Shown: positions 28,590-38,285, counted from the first letter of the stretch. The stretch: 64,000 nucleotides of DNA from Spirochaetia bacterium (GCA_965203055.1 OZ241863.1:73313-137312), one strand, 5' to 3'. Numbers and translations are program-made. Notes: generated by a model not told the origin, from the sequence alone.

Positions 28590-30692
28590 ATGACCGCCGA
28601 GGTCAGCGCCCGCCTGCGCTTCGCGCCCGACGGCACGCTCACCGTGCTCAGCGGCAAGGTAGAGCTGGGCCAGGGCCTGCGCGACGCCCTGACCCTGATC
28701 TGCAGCACCGAACTGTCGCTCGACGCGCGCCGCATCCGCGTGCGCTGCGGCGACACCGGGCTGACCCCGGACGACGGCCTTACCGCGGGCAGCAACTCGA
28801 TGGAGCAGACCGGCGCCGCGGTGCGCGCCGCGGCCGTTGCGGCCCGCGACGAGTTGCTGCGCCGGGCGGCGGCGCGCTGGCAGGCGCCGCCCGGCGAGCT
28901 CGTAGCGCGCGCCGGCCGCGTCCGGCGGCGGGACGGGGAGGGCGCCGCGCTCGACTACTGGGAGCTCCTCGACGCCGGCGAGATGGAGGATCTGCCTCCC
29001 GCGCCGCGGGAAGAGCGCGCGCCGGCGGGGCGGGTGGCGGCGCTGGTGAGTGGGTGCGACACCTTCGTGCATGATCTGCGGCTGCCCGGCATGGCGCATG
29101 GCCGCGTGCTGCGGCCGCCGGGCTACGGCCGGCGGCTGACGCGCCTCGATGACCGCGCCGCCGGCGCCATGCGCGGCGTCCTGGCGGTGGTGGTCGACGG
29201 CAGCTTCGCCGGCGTGGTGGCGGAGCGCGAGGAGCAGGCGATCGCCGCCCGCGACGTGCTGGCCGGCGGCGCTCGCTGGCAGGCGCCCGCCGATGCCGCG
29301 CTGCCGGCCTCCGGCCGCGCCGCCCTGGCCGAGGCCGCGGCCCACGCTACGCCGATCCTCGACCGCGGGACGGCGCCGGCGCAGGCCGTGGCGGCAACGC
29401 TCAGCGCCACCTACTCGCGGCCGTTTCTGCTGCACGCGGCGTTGGGCCCCTCGGCCGCGGCGGCGCGCCTGGACGCCGCGGGGCGGCTCACCGTCTGGTC
29501 GCACACCCAGGGGCCGTTTCAACTGCGCGCCGCGCTGGCCGACGCGCTGGCGCGGGAGCCGGCCGGCATCCGGGTAATCCACGTCGACGGGGCCGGCTGC
29601 TACGGCCACAACGGCGCCGACGACGCGGCGTTGGACGCGGCGCTGCTGGCCCTGGCGGTGCCCGGGCGGCCGGTGCTGGTCAAGTGGACGCGAACCGACG
29701 AGAACCGGTGGGAGCCGTTCGGCAGCGCGATGATCGTCACCTGCGCCGCCGACCTGGACGCCGCCGGCAGCGTGCTGCATTGGCGCCATGAGGTGCGCAG
29801 CTACCCCCACGGCGCCCGCCCGCGCGCCGCGCCGGGACACTCGGCGCTGCTGGCCGCCTGGCACCGGCGCCGCGCGCTGGCGCCGCCGCCGGTGCGCAAC
29901 AGCCGCGGCCTGACCGCCGGTCCGCAGCGCAACGCCGAGCCGCCGTACCGGTTCCCGCGGGTAAGCGTGGTTACCCACTTCGTACCCGAGGCCCCGGTGC
30001 GAGTCTCCGCCCTGCGCAGCCTCGGCGCCTACGCCAACGTGTTCGCCGCCGAGTCGTTCATGGATGAGCTGGCAGCCTGCGCCGGCGCCGATCCGGTGTC
30101 CTATCGGCTGCGCCACTTGCGCGACCACCGCGCGCGTGACGTGCTGGCCGCGGCGGTCGCCGCGGCGCCGGCCGCCGGAGGCGGGAGGTATCGCGGGCGC
30201 GGCGTCGGGCTGGCGCGCTACAAGAACCTGCAGAGCTACGTCGCCGTGGTGTGCGACGCGGCGGTGGATCCCGGCAGCGGGCGCATCCGCCTCGAACACG
30301 CCGCCATTGCCGCCGACGCCGGCCGCATCATCGATCGCGACGGTCTTGCCAACCAGCTCGAAGGGGGCTTCCTGCAGGCCGCGAGCTGGACGCTGAAGGA
30401 AGCGGTACGCTGGGACCACGCGGGAATGACCGGTACCGACTGGGATTCCTATCCGGTGCTGCGCTTCAGCGAGGTGCCGCCGGTTGCGCTGCGCCTGCTC
30501 GACCGGCCGGAACTGCCCAGCCTGGGCGCCGGCGAAGCCGCCCACGGTCCGGCCGCGGCGGCCATCGCCAACGCCGCGGCGGCCGCGGCCGGAGTGCGCC
30601 TGCGGCACACCCCGTTCACGCCGGCGCGGGTAATGGCGGCCCTCACTGCCGGCCCGGACGCGCGCACACCTCGGCCAGCGCCGCCACGGTAG
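28590..30692 (+). CDS. Molybdopterin-binding large subunit of an aldehyde oxidase/xanthine dehydrogenase-family oxidoreductase (IorB-like)
   Basis: Starts at MTAEV, 9 nt after the 2Fe-2S gene stop. About 700 aa of xanthine dehydrogenase-family a/b-hammerhead plus MoCo-binding region. The upstream part of the 1120-aa ORF in the track is antisense read-through. Confidence 0.7.
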   Translation: MTAEVSARLRFAPDGTLTVLSGKVELGQGLRDALTLICSTELSLDARRIRVRCGDTGLTPDDGLTAGSNSMEQTGAAVRAAAVAARDELLRRAAARWQAPPGELVARAGRVRRRDGEGAALDYWELLDAGEMEDLPPAPREERAPAGRVAALVSGCDTFVHDLRLPGMAHGRVLRPPGYGRRLTRLDDRAAGAMRGVLAVVVDGSFAGVVAEREEQAIAARDVLAGGARWQAPADAALPASGRAALAEAAAHATPILDRGTAPAQAVAATLSATYSRPFLLHAALGPSAAAARLDAAGRLTVWSHTQGPFQLRAALADALAREPAGIRVIHVDGAGCYGHNGADDAALDAALLALAVPGRPVLVKWTRTDENRWEPFGSAMIVTCAADLDAAGSVLHWRHEVRSYPHGARPRAAPGHSALLAAWHRRRALAPPPVRNSRGLTAGPQRNAEPPYRFPRVSVVTHFVPEAPVRVSALRSLGAYANVFAAESFMDELAACAGADPVSYRLRHLRDHRARDVLAAAVAAAPAAGGGRYRGRGVGLARYKNLQSYVAVVCDAAVDPGSGRIRLEHAAIAADAGRIIDRDGLANQLEGGFLQAASWTLKEAVRWDHAGMTGTDWDSYPVLRFSEVPPVALRLLDRPELPSLGAGEAAHGPAAAAIANAAAAAAGVRLRHTPFTPARVMAALTAGPDARTPRPAPPR

Positions 30693-31563
30693 TCTCCAGG
30701 CTGCGCGAGGTGTCCACCGCCTCCTCCGGTTCCGCCGCAAAGGGAGTGGCGCTGAGCAGCTCGTAGAGCGCCGCGGCGCCGTGGAGGAACTGGCCGGGGA
30801 CTCCCACCGACTCGAAGGTCGCCGCGATCTGGCGCATCTCCTCGATCCAGCGCGGCGCCTTGGCGGGCAGCGCCGGCAACGCGCGGCGCCGCGCCGCCCA
30901 GGCCGCGCCCTGGCTCTCCGCCAGCTCCGCGGCAAGCGCCTGGTCCACCCCCAACCGGCTGGCGGCGGCGAGTTGGGCCAACTGCAGCGCCGCGCTGCCC
31001 TTGGTGACCGCCGCATAGCACATCTTGAGGGCGGACGCGCGCCCGACCGCGCCGCCGAGGTCGCGCACCACCAGGCCGCCGCCTTGCAGCGGCGCCAGCA
31101 GGTGGGCGGCCGGTCCCGAGGCGTAGAAGCGCGGCCCGGAGCCGTTGGCGGGCGGCCCGCCGATGATGCCGGCGTCGACGTAGGCCGCGCCGGCGCCGCG
31201 GATCATGTCGGCGATGCGGGCCGTGGTAGCGGGCGCAATTGCGTTGCAGTCGGCGTAGGGCGGGATGGCTCCGGTTGCGATCATGGCATTTGCGGCCGCC
31301 CGCGCGGCCGCGACCGCAGCCGCCGGCGGGAGAATCGACAACACCAGATCGGCGGCCCCGACCACGGTCTTGATCCCGCCCAGGTTGCGGATCCCGGCCT
31401 GCGTCGCCAGCCTGCGGGTACGCGGCGAACGGCCCGCCAAGGCGGTAACGACGGTGAAGCCGCGGCTGCCGAGCAGCCGGCCTACGGCATGCCCCATGTT
31501 GCCGGGGCTGATGATGGCGATGATCTTCAAACGTTGACCTCCTCTCTTCGAAAACGTCTTCAT
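30643..31563 (-). CDS. NAD(P)-binding domain protein (6-phosphogluconate dehydrogenase-like, DUF1932-type)
   Basis: Rossmann motif IISPGNMGHAVG. Confidence 0.5.
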   Translation of the reverse strand: MKTFSKRGGQRLKIIAIISPGNMGHAVGRLLGSRGFTVVTALAGRSPRTRRLATQAGIRNLGGIKTVVGAADLVLSILPPAAAVAAARAAANAMIATGAIPPYADCNAIAPATTARIADMIRGAGAAYVDAGIIGGPPANGSGPRFYASGPAAHLLAPLQGGGLVVRDLGGAVGRASALKMCYAAVTKGSAALQLAQLAAASRLGVDQALAAELAESQGAAWAARRRALPALPAKAPRWIEEMRQIAATFESVGVPGQFLHGAAALYELLSATPFAAEPEEAVDTSRSLETTVAALAEVCARPGRQ

Positions 31564-31991
31564 TCTTCGGCCGCGGGCTCGGTCCGCTGGCGCTTGACCG
31601 CCGCGCGGCGCGTCTTGTCCTGCAGGCGCCGCTCGCGGGCGGCGCGGGAGGGCCGCGTCGCCCGCCGCGGCCGCGGCGTCTCGAGGGCGCGCGCAATGGC
31701 GGCCGCCAGCCGCGCCCGCGCGTCACGGCGATTGGCCTCCCGGGTACGAAAGCGGCGCGCGGTGATGATCAAGGCCCCGCCGGCGGTGACGCGCGCGCCA
31801 AGGCTGCTCAGCAACCGCTCCCGCACCTCGGGCGGCAGGGCCGGCGAGCCGGCCACGTCGAAGCGGAGCTGCACCGCGGTGGCGACCTTGTTCACGTTCT
31901 GTCCGCCCGGCCCGCGGCTGAGGATGAAGCGCTCGGCGAGCTCATCCTCCGGAATGGCCAGACCGGATGTGACCTGCACCATGGCGGTCAT
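31560..31991 (-). CDS. arfB: Alternative ribosome-rescue factor ArfB (peptidyl-tRNA hydrolase, YaeJ)
   Basis: GGQ motif (SRGPGGQNVNKV) and a basic C-terminal tail. Confidence 0.85.
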   Translation of the reverse strand: MTAMVQVTSGLAIPEDELAERFILSRGPGGQNVNKVATAVQLRFDVAGSPALPPEVRERLLSSLGARVTAGGALIITARRFRTREANRRDARARLAAAIARALETPRPRRATRPSRAARERRLQDKTRRAAVKRQRTEPAAEE

Positions 31992-33071
31992 TTGACCGCG
32001 ATACCGCCGGCTGCTGCAAGCGAACGTTCGTTCCGCCCGCAGAGGCAGTATATTCAGCGGGTGAAGTCCACGAATTCGGCGCCGGCTCGCGCGCGGGGCG
32101 CCCCGCCGCCTCCCGTCGAAGCTGCCGGCCTGGTGAAGCGGTACGGGCAGGTGACCGCGCTGGACGGTCTCGACCTGAGCGTGTCCGAGGGAACCGTGCT
32201 CGGCCTGCTTGGTCCGAACGGCGCGGGCAAGACCACCGCGGTGTCGATTCTGGCCACGCTGATCACGCCGGACGCCGGCAGCGCGCGGATCACCGGCGTC
32301 GACGTGGTGGCGAAGCCGCGCTCGGTGCGGCGCCGCATTGGTCTGTCAGGACAGTTCGCCGCGGTGGACGAGCACCTCACCGGGTTCGAAAACCTCGACA
32401 TGATCGGGCGCCTCTACCATCTGGGCCGCGCGCGCGCCCGGGCCCGCGCCGCCGAGCTGCTCGACCTGTTCGATCTGACAGCCGCCGGCGGGCGCCCGGT
32501 AAAGACCTACTCGGGCGGGATGCGGCGGCGCCTCGACCTGGCCGGCGCCCTGGTGGCGGCGCCGCCGGTGCTGTTTCTGGACGAGCCCACTACCGGCCTC
32601 GACCCGCACAGCCGACGCCAACTCTGGGAGGTGATCCGGCGCATGGTCGGCGGCGGCACCACGGTGCTGCTCACTACCCAGTACCTGGAGGAGGCGGACC
32701 AGCTCGCCGACCGCATCCTGGTGATCGACCACGGCAAGGCGATTGCCGAGGGCACCCCCGACGAGTTGAAGAGTCTGGTGGGCGCGGAGCGGATCGAGGT
32801 CACGGTGACCGCCGGCGAGGACGGAACCGGCGGCGGCGCGCTGCAGCGCGCGCAACGGTTGCTGGCCCGCTTCGCGGTTGGCGAGCAGCAGGTGGACCGG
32901 CGCGCGCGGTCGCTGATCATGCCGGTCGAAGGAGGGCCGGGAGTGCTTGCCCAGGCGCTGCGCGAGCTGGACCGGGCGCAGATTGCGGTGCAGGACGTCG
33001 GGCTGCGCCGCCCGACGCTGGATGACGTGTTCCTGACCCTGACCGGACATGCCACCGAGGAGGAGCAATGA
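31992..33071 (+). CDS. ABC transporter ATP-binding protein (DrrA-like)
   Basis: GPNGAGKTT, YSGGMRRRL, LFLDEPTTGLD. The true start is likely at an internal GTG (about 32063), because the ORF abuts the divergent arfB start with no spacer. Confidence 0.8.
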   Translation: MTAIPPAAASERSFRPQRQYIQRVKSTNSAPARARGAPPPPVEAAGLVKRYGQVTALDGLDLSVSEGTVLGLLGPNGAGKTTAVSILATLITPDAGSARITGVDVVAKPRSVRRRIGLSGQFAAVDEHLTGFENLDMIGRLYHLGRARARARAAELLDLFDLTAAGGRPVKTYSGGMRRRLDLAGALVAAPPVLFLDEPTTGLDPHSRRQLWEVIRRMVGGGTTVLLTTQYLEEADQLADRILVIDHGKAIAEGTPDELKSLVGAERIEVTVTAGEDGTGGGALQRAQRLLARFAVGEQQVDRRARSLIMPVEGGPGVLAQALRELDRAQIAVQDVGLRRPTLDDVFLTLTGHATEEEQ

Positions 33072-33874
33072 CGGCGCTGCTGCACGCTCTCGCTGACGCC
33101 GCGGTCATCGCCAAGCGCAACGTGATCAAGATCAAGCGGGTGCCGGAGGTGCTGGTCTTCGTGCTGCTGTCGCCGATCATGTTCGTGCTGCTGTTCGCGT
33201 TCGTGTTCGGCGGTTCCATCAACATCCCCGGCGGCTCCTACCGGGAGTTCCTGATCGCCGGGATCTTCGCCCAGACCGTGGTGTTCGGCGCGACGTTCAC
33301 CGGCGCGGGCCTGGCGGAGGACATCCAGAAGGGAATCATCAACCGCTTCCGCGCGCTGCCGATGTCGCGCAGCGCGCTGCTGGTGGGGCGTACGGTGAGC
33401 GACGTGGTGTACAACGCCCTGTCCCTCATGATCATGGCCCTGACCGGCCTGGTCGTGGGGTGGGGAATCAGCACCAGCGTGCCGGAAGCCGCGGCCGGAT
33501 TCGGCCTGCTGCTGGCGTTCGCCTACGCGTTCTCCTGGGTGATGGCCTACGTGGGCCTGCTGGTACCCAGCGTGGAGGTGATCAACAACGCCTCGTTCAT
33601 GGTGACCATGCCGCTCACCTTCGTCGCCAACACCTTCGTGCCGGCCGAGAACCTGCCGCCGGCGTTGCGCGTCTTTGCCCTGTGGAATCCGATTTCGGCC
33701 GTCACCCAGGCGACCCGCGAGCTGTTCGGCAACATTCCCCCCGGCACGCCGCCGCCTGCCGCCTGGCCGCTGCAGCACCCGGTGCTCTACACGCTGCTCT
33801 GGGCGGTGGTCATCATCGCCGTGTTCGCGCCGCTGGCCGTGCACCGCTACCGCACCATCGGACAGCGCTCCTGA
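33068..33874 (+). CDS. ABC-2 type transporter permease (DrrB-like)
   Basis: 268 aa, six predicted TM segments, ATGA overlap with the ATPase gene. Confidence 0.75.
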   Translation: MTALLHALADAAVIAKRNVIKIKRVPEVLVFVLLSPIMFVLLFAFVFGGSINIPGGSYREFLIAGIFAQTVVFGATFTGAGLAEDIQKGIINRFRALPMSRSALLVGRTVSDVVYNALSLMIMALTGLVVGWGISTSVPEAAAGFGLLLAFAYAFSWVMAYVGLLVPSVEVINNASFMVTMPLTFVANTFVPAENLPPALRVFALWNPISAVTQATRELFGNIPPGTPPPAAWPLQHPVLYTLLWAVVIIAVFAPLAVHRYRTIGQRS

Positions 33875-33880
33875 AGGCGC

Positions 33881-35098
33881 CTACAGCGCACTGAGAGCGG
33901 GGCCGGCCGCCGCTCCGATCAGTACCACCAGCCAGGGCGGCAGCTTCCACCACGCCAGCAGGCCGAACGCCGCCAGCGCCAGCGCCAAGTCGCCCGGCGC
34001 ATGGATCGCCGTGACCCACACCGGATCGTACAGCGCCGCCAGCAGCAGGCCCACCACCGCGGCGTTGACCCCCGCGACGGCGGCGCGGAAGCGGCCGGCC
34101 GAGCGCAGCCGGTCCCAGAGCGGCAGGATGCCGATCAGCAGCAGAAACGAGGGCAGATAGATGGCGCCGAGGGCCACCGCTCCGCCGCGCCAGCCGCCCG
34201 CCGGTCCCGCCATCACCGTCCCCAGATAGGCGGAGAAGGTGAACAGCGGCCCCGGAACCGCCTGCGCCGCCCCGTAGCCGGCGATGAACTGGTCGCCGGT
34301 CACCCAGCCGGCCGGCTCCACCTCGGCCTGCAGCAGCGGCAGCACCACGTGCCCGCCGCCGAATACCAGTGCGCCCGAACGGTAGAACCCGTCGATCAGC
34401 GCCAGCCAGGCGTGGTCCGTAAACTGCCGGGCAACCGGCAGCCCGGCCAGCAGGATCAGAAACAGGGCCAGGCAGATGACCGTCCGGTGGACGGCGGTTC
34501 CCGCACCGGCGCGCACCGGCGCCCGCGGAGACGCGGCCTCGTCTCGCAGCAGCAGCCACCCGGCCGCCCCGGCAAGGGCAATGACCAGCACCTGGGCCAG
34601 CGGCGTCCGCCAGAACAGCATGCCGACGGCGGCCAGCGCGGCGATGGTAGCGCGGCGGCGGTCGGGCGCCAAGTTGTGCGCCATACCGTAGAGCGCGTAT
34701 GCGACCACCGCCGCCGCCACTGCCTTGAGGCCCCGCAGCCAGCCCGCGGCGATCAGTTGCTCGAAGGTCGCCACCCCGTAGCCGAACAGGATCAGCGCCG
34801 CCGCGGAGGGCAGCGTGAAGCCGAGCCACGCCGCCACCCCGCCGCCGATTCCGGCGCGCGTCATGCCCACCGCGATGCCGACCTGACTGCTGGCGGGACC
34901 GGGCAGCAACTGGCACAGGGCCACCAGATCGGCATAGGAGCGGTCGTCCAGCCACCGGCGCCGGGTAACGTACTCGGCGCGGAAGTAGCCGAGGTGGGCG
35001 ACCGGCCCGCCAAATGAGGTGACGCCCAGCTTCAGCGCCGCGAGCAGCACTTCGAGAATCCGAGACCGCACGACCTGCCGTTGCCCGCCGTCCGTCAC
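33881..35098 (-). CDS. chrA: Chromate transporter ChrA (CHR family)
   Basis: 405 aa. Duplicated CHR halves with the GGPxAHLGY… and LPGP motifs. Confidence 0.8.
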   Translation of the reverse strand: MTDGGQRQVVRSRILEVLLAALKLGVTSFGGPVAHLGYFRAEYVTRRRWLDDRSYADLVALCQLLPGPASSQVGIAVGMTRAGIGGGVAAWLGFTLPSAAALILFGYGVATFEQLIAAGWLRGLKAVAAAVVAYALYGMAHNLAPDRRRATIAALAAVGMLFWRTPLAQVLVIALAGAAGWLLLRDEAASPRAPVRAGAGTAVHRTVICLALFLILLAGLPVARQFTDHAWLALIDGFYRSGALVFGGGHVVLPLLQAEVEPAGWVTGDQFIAGYGAAQAVPGPLFTFSAYLGTVMAGPAGGWRGGAVALGAIYLPSFLLLIGILPLWDRLRSAGRFRAAVAGVNAAVVGLLLAALYDPVWVTAIHAPGDLALALAAFGLLAWWKLPPWLVVLIGAAAGPALSAL

Positions 35099-35101
35099 AC
35101 G

Positions 35102-35428
35102 TCACCAACGGGCGGCGTCGAGGCCGGGCACGCGGGAGAACTCGCCCAGGTTGCGGGTCGCCAACCTGATGGAATGCGCCAAGGCGATGGCGGCGATCAT
35201 CAGATCGTTCGCCCCGAGCGGACGGCCCTCACGCCGTAGCTGGGCTCTGATCATTCCGTAGCGCATGGCTGCCTCGTCGTCGAAGGGCAGCGACGGAAAC
35301 GCTTGGCAGAAGGTCTCCACCCGCTGCAGGTTCTCGGCTACCCGCGCCGAGTTATACGCGGTATGCAGACGCTGGTGTCCAGCAGCCAGATCAGCGGATC
35401 GCCTCGACGTCCTCCGGCGGAGGATCAT
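35102..35428 (-). CDS. VapC-like PIN-domain protein lacking the N-terminal catalytic segment
   Basis: The C-terminal two-thirds is typical VapC (FDDEAAMRYGMIRAQLRREGRPLGANDLMIAAIALAH…LATRNLGEF). No N-terminal LDTNV-type segment is found in frame upstream. Confidence 0.5.
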   Translation of the reverse strand: MILRRRTSRRSADLAAGHQRLHTAYNSARVAENLQRVETFCQAFPSLPFDDEAAMRYGMIRAQLRREGRPLGANDLMIAAIALAHSIRLATRNLGEFSRVPGLDAARW

Positions 35429-35612
35429 CCGGTTCGACCAGATCGCCGCGCCCGTGACGGAGCAGGTCGACCAGGCTCCGCGGCCACTCGGTGAGGCTCT
35501 CCCGCCGGATCAACGCGCTGATCCACGCCGACAGGCTGCGGTGCTGCTGCCCGGCCTGCTTGCGCGCCGCTTCCAGCACCTCCGCAGGCAGATACACGGT
35601 AACTTGCGCCAT
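35391..35612 (-). CDS. Putative antitoxin (VapB/RHH-like) of the VapC gene
   Basis: Start at MAQVTVYLPAEVLEAARK (73 aa). Overlaps the VapC ORF by about 38 nt. Confidence 0.45.
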   Translation of the reverse strand: MAQVTVYLPAEVLEAARKQAGQQHRSLSAWISALIRRESLTEWPRSLVDLLRHGRGDLVEPDDPPPEDVEAIR

Positions 35613-35766
35613 GTCCGCCGCACTATACGCGCCCAAGTATACGACCCGCAAGCTCCTTGTCAGGGCCGCGCGCGGCGCGCGGCCGGCGTGCATTCGCCGC
35701 ACTCAACTGGCTCGCGTTGCTTGCGGAGTCGCATTGGGAGAGGCGGCTCTGCTATGGTGGCATGGA

Positions 35767-36783
35767 ATGCGCATCCTGTTCATTGGCGAAGTCGTCGGGG
35801 GAGCCGGCGTGTACTGCGTCAAGACGCTGCTGCCCGGTCTCAAGCGCGAGTTCGACATCGACCTCACCATCGCCGCCGCGGAGGGTGCTACCGGCGGCTT
35901 CGGCCTGGGCAAGGGACACTCCGTATACCTGCACAAGCTGGGAGTCGACGTCATCACTACCGGCGACTTCGCGTACTTCAAGCGCGACATGGTGGGCCAC
36001 ATCGCCCAGGCGCGCTACCTCCTGCGCCCGGCGAACTATCCCTACGGCAACCCCGGACGAGGGTGGCTGGTAGCGCGCCCGGCTCCCGGCGCGCGCCGGA
36101 AACCGCGGCGCGGCGAACCGCAACCGGACGCCGCCGGCGCCGCTCCGGGCGCCGCCCCGGCGGAATCAGGCGCCGCCAGCTCCCCGGCGCCGGAAGCCGC
36201 CGCGGCGCCGGAAGCCGCCGCGGCGCCGGCAACCGCCATTCGGCCTCCCGCTCCGGGCGCAGGGGTGATCTCGCTGCTGGGCCAGGCCGGATTCAGCCGC
36301 GTGCACCTGCGCAATCCGTTCGAAGTCGCCGGCGGGTTGATCGACCGCGTGCGGCAGCAGACCCCCATCGTGCTGGTGGACTTCCACGCCACCACCACGG
36401 CCGAGAAGGTGGCCATGAGCCTGTTCCTCGACGGCAAGGTGAGCGCGGTGCTCGGCACCCACGTGCGGACCCTGGCGGCGGACGCGCGCCTGCTCCCGGG
36501 CGGCACCGCGGCCATCACCCACAGCGGCCGTACCGGCAGCCTGAACTCGGTAGGCGGCCTCGATCCCGCGGTCGAGACGCGCAAGTTCCTCACCCAGGTG
36601 CACGAGCAGTCGCGCGATGCCTGGGGCCTGCTGGAGCTGCAAGGCGTGGTGCTGGAAATAGCCTCCGACGGCCGCGCGCAAAGCATCACCGCGTTGCGCC
36701 GCCAGACCACGGCGCCGGAAGGCGCCCAGGCAACGCCGGCGGCGCAGCAGCAGCGCGGCCGCCGCGCGGGCAGACGCCGCTGA
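35767..36783 (+). CDS. YmdB-like metallophosphoesterase (TIGR00282 family) with an internal Pro/Ala-rich insertion
   Basis: MRILFIGEVVGGAG matches the YmdB N-terminus (GDxxG), but with Glu in place of the metal-binding Asp. About 70 aa of P/A/E-rich insertion lies between the conserved halves. Confidence 0.55.
   Translation: MRILFIGEVVGGAGVYCVKTLLPGLKREFDIDLTIAAAEGATGGFGLGKGHSVYLHKLGVDVITTGDFAYFKRDMVGHIAQARYLLRPANYPYGNPGRGWLVARPAPGARRKPRRGEPQPDAAGAAPGAAPAESGAASSPAPEAAAAPEAAAAPATAIRPPAPGAGVISLLGQAGFSRVHLRNPFEVAGGLIDRVRQQTPIVLVDFHATTTAEKVAMSLFLDGKVSAVLGTHVRTLAADARLLPGGTAAITHSGRTGSLNSVGGLDPAVETRKFLTQVHEQSRDAWGLLELQGVVLEIASDGRAQSITALRRQTTAPEGAQATPAAQQQRGRRAGRRR
36187..36229 (+). repeat. 18-nt tandem repeat (about 2.4 copies) inside the YmdB-like CDS
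   Basis: gcgccggaagccgccgcg x2 plus a partial copy. Encodes PEAAAA PEAAAA. Confidence 0.8.
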
Positions 36784-36876
36784 CGCCGCTGACGCCGGCC
36801 CGGCCGCGCTCCGGCGCCCCCGGCGTCCGATTCTCGTTGACAAACGGGGTCCCCTCGCCCACCATGCGGCCACGCC

Positions 36877-38259
36877 ATGTTGTCGCAACAGCCCGTTCTG
36901 CGCCAGGAGCAGCGTCTCAAGATGACCCCGCAGCTCTACCAGGCGATTCGCATCATGGCGCTGCCCCTGCACGATCTGCAGTCCACCATCCAGCAAGAGC
37001 TGGAGCGCAATCCGGCGCTCGAGGTGGTCGAGGACAACACCACTACCTCGTTGGACGAAGCCGGCGCGGCGCGTAACGAGGAGGAGAGCGTATTCGCCGA
37101 GTCGTCCGACCCCGGCTACCTGAACGGCAGCCGCGGCACCGACGAAGACGCCAAGCGCCGGTTCCTGGAGGGAGCTCTGGCGCGGCCGGAAACGCTGCAG
37201 GAACATCTGTCGTGGCAACTTCGCCTGCAGCCCCTCACCGCGCAGGAGTACCGCCTCGGCGAGCTGCTGATTCGCAACCTGGACCACAACGGGTTTACGC
37301 TGGAGGAGCCCGAGACTCTGGACCGGGACGCTCCGCCGGAGCGGCTGGGCAAGCTGATCGAGATGATCCAGGGATTCGACCCGCCCGGCTGCTGTACCAG
37401 CGACTTCACCGCTTCGCTGCTGGCCCAGATCCGCGTGCACCCACATTCCGAACCGGGCAGCGCGGAGCTGGTGCGCAACTACATGGGACTGGCCGAGCGC
37501 GGCAAGATCGCGGAGATCGCGCGCCGCATGGCGGTTTCGGAGGAGGAGGTGCGCGCCATCCTCGACTTCGTGCGCGAGCTGGATCCGATTCCCGGGCGCA
37601 ACTACAGCGCCGAGCAGGTGCGTTACGTGAGCCCCGACGTTATCGTCAAGCAGCTCGACGGCGAGCTTGGCCTGCTGCTCAATGACGAACAGCTGCCGGT
37701 GTTGGGAGTCAATCGGTTCTTCGAGCAACTGAGCCGCGACGACTCTGACCGCGAGCTGCGCAAGTTCGTCAATCACAATCTGCAGGATGCGCGCTGGTTC
37801 ATGCGCAGCCTCGCCGAACGCAACCGTTCCCTGCGCAAGGTCACCGAGGCGGTAGTGAACGCGCAACGCGAATTCTTTCGCCGCGGGCCCAAGTACCTGG
37901 TACCCCTCACCCTCAAGGACGTCGCCGCCGAGGTCGGGGTCAGCGAGGCGACCGTATCGCGGCTGGCCAACGGCAAGTACGTGCAGACCGAGTTCGGTAT
38001 CTTCGAGTTGCGCTACTTCTTTACCAACTCGATCTCCGGGGCGGGTTCCAAAGGTTCCCGCTTTTCGAAAGCCGGCGTCAAGGAGATGATCCGCGAGATC
38101 GTCACCGGCGCGGGCCCGACGGACGGGGCGGCCGGCAAGCCACTGTCCGACAGCCGTATCGCCGAGATACTCGCCGGTCGAGGAGCGAAGATCGCCCGGC
38201 GTACGGTGGCAAAGTATCGCAAGGAGCTGGATATCGACAGCTCCTATCGACGTACCTGA
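36877..38259 (+). CDS. rpoN: RNA polymerase sigma-54 factor
   Basis: N-terminal MLSQQPVLRQEQRLKMTPQLYQAIRIMALP and C-terminal RpoN box ARRTVAKYR. Confidence 0.9.
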   Translation: MLSQQPVLRQEQRLKMTPQLYQAIRIMALPLHDLQSTIQQELERNPALEVVEDNTTTSLDEAGAARNEEESVFAESSDPGYLNGSRGTDEDAKRRFLEGALARPETLQEHLSWQLRLQPLTAQEYRLGELLIRNLDHNGFTLEEPETLDRDAPPERLGKLIEMIQGFDPPGCCTSDFTASLLAQIRVHPHSEPGSAELVRNYMGLAERGKIAEIARRMAVSEEEVRAILDFVRELDPIPGRNYSAEQVRYVSPDVIVKQLDGELGLLLNDEQLPVLGVNRFFEQLSRDDSDRELRKFVNHNLQDARWFMRSLAERNRSLRKVTEAVVNAQREFFRRGPKYLVPLTLKDVAAEVGVSEATVSRLANGKYVQTEFGIFELRYFFTNSISGAGSKGSRFSKAGVKEMIREIVTGAGPTDGAAGKPLSDSRIAEILAGRGAKIARRTVAKYRKELDIDSSYRRT

Positions 38260-38285
38260 AATTCGACGACCAGGAGCAACGAACG

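Noticed and set aside
28410-31016. 868-aa minus-strand ORF
   Set aside because: Antisense to the MoCo oxidoreductase large subunit. No domain signatures. High-GC frame artefact.
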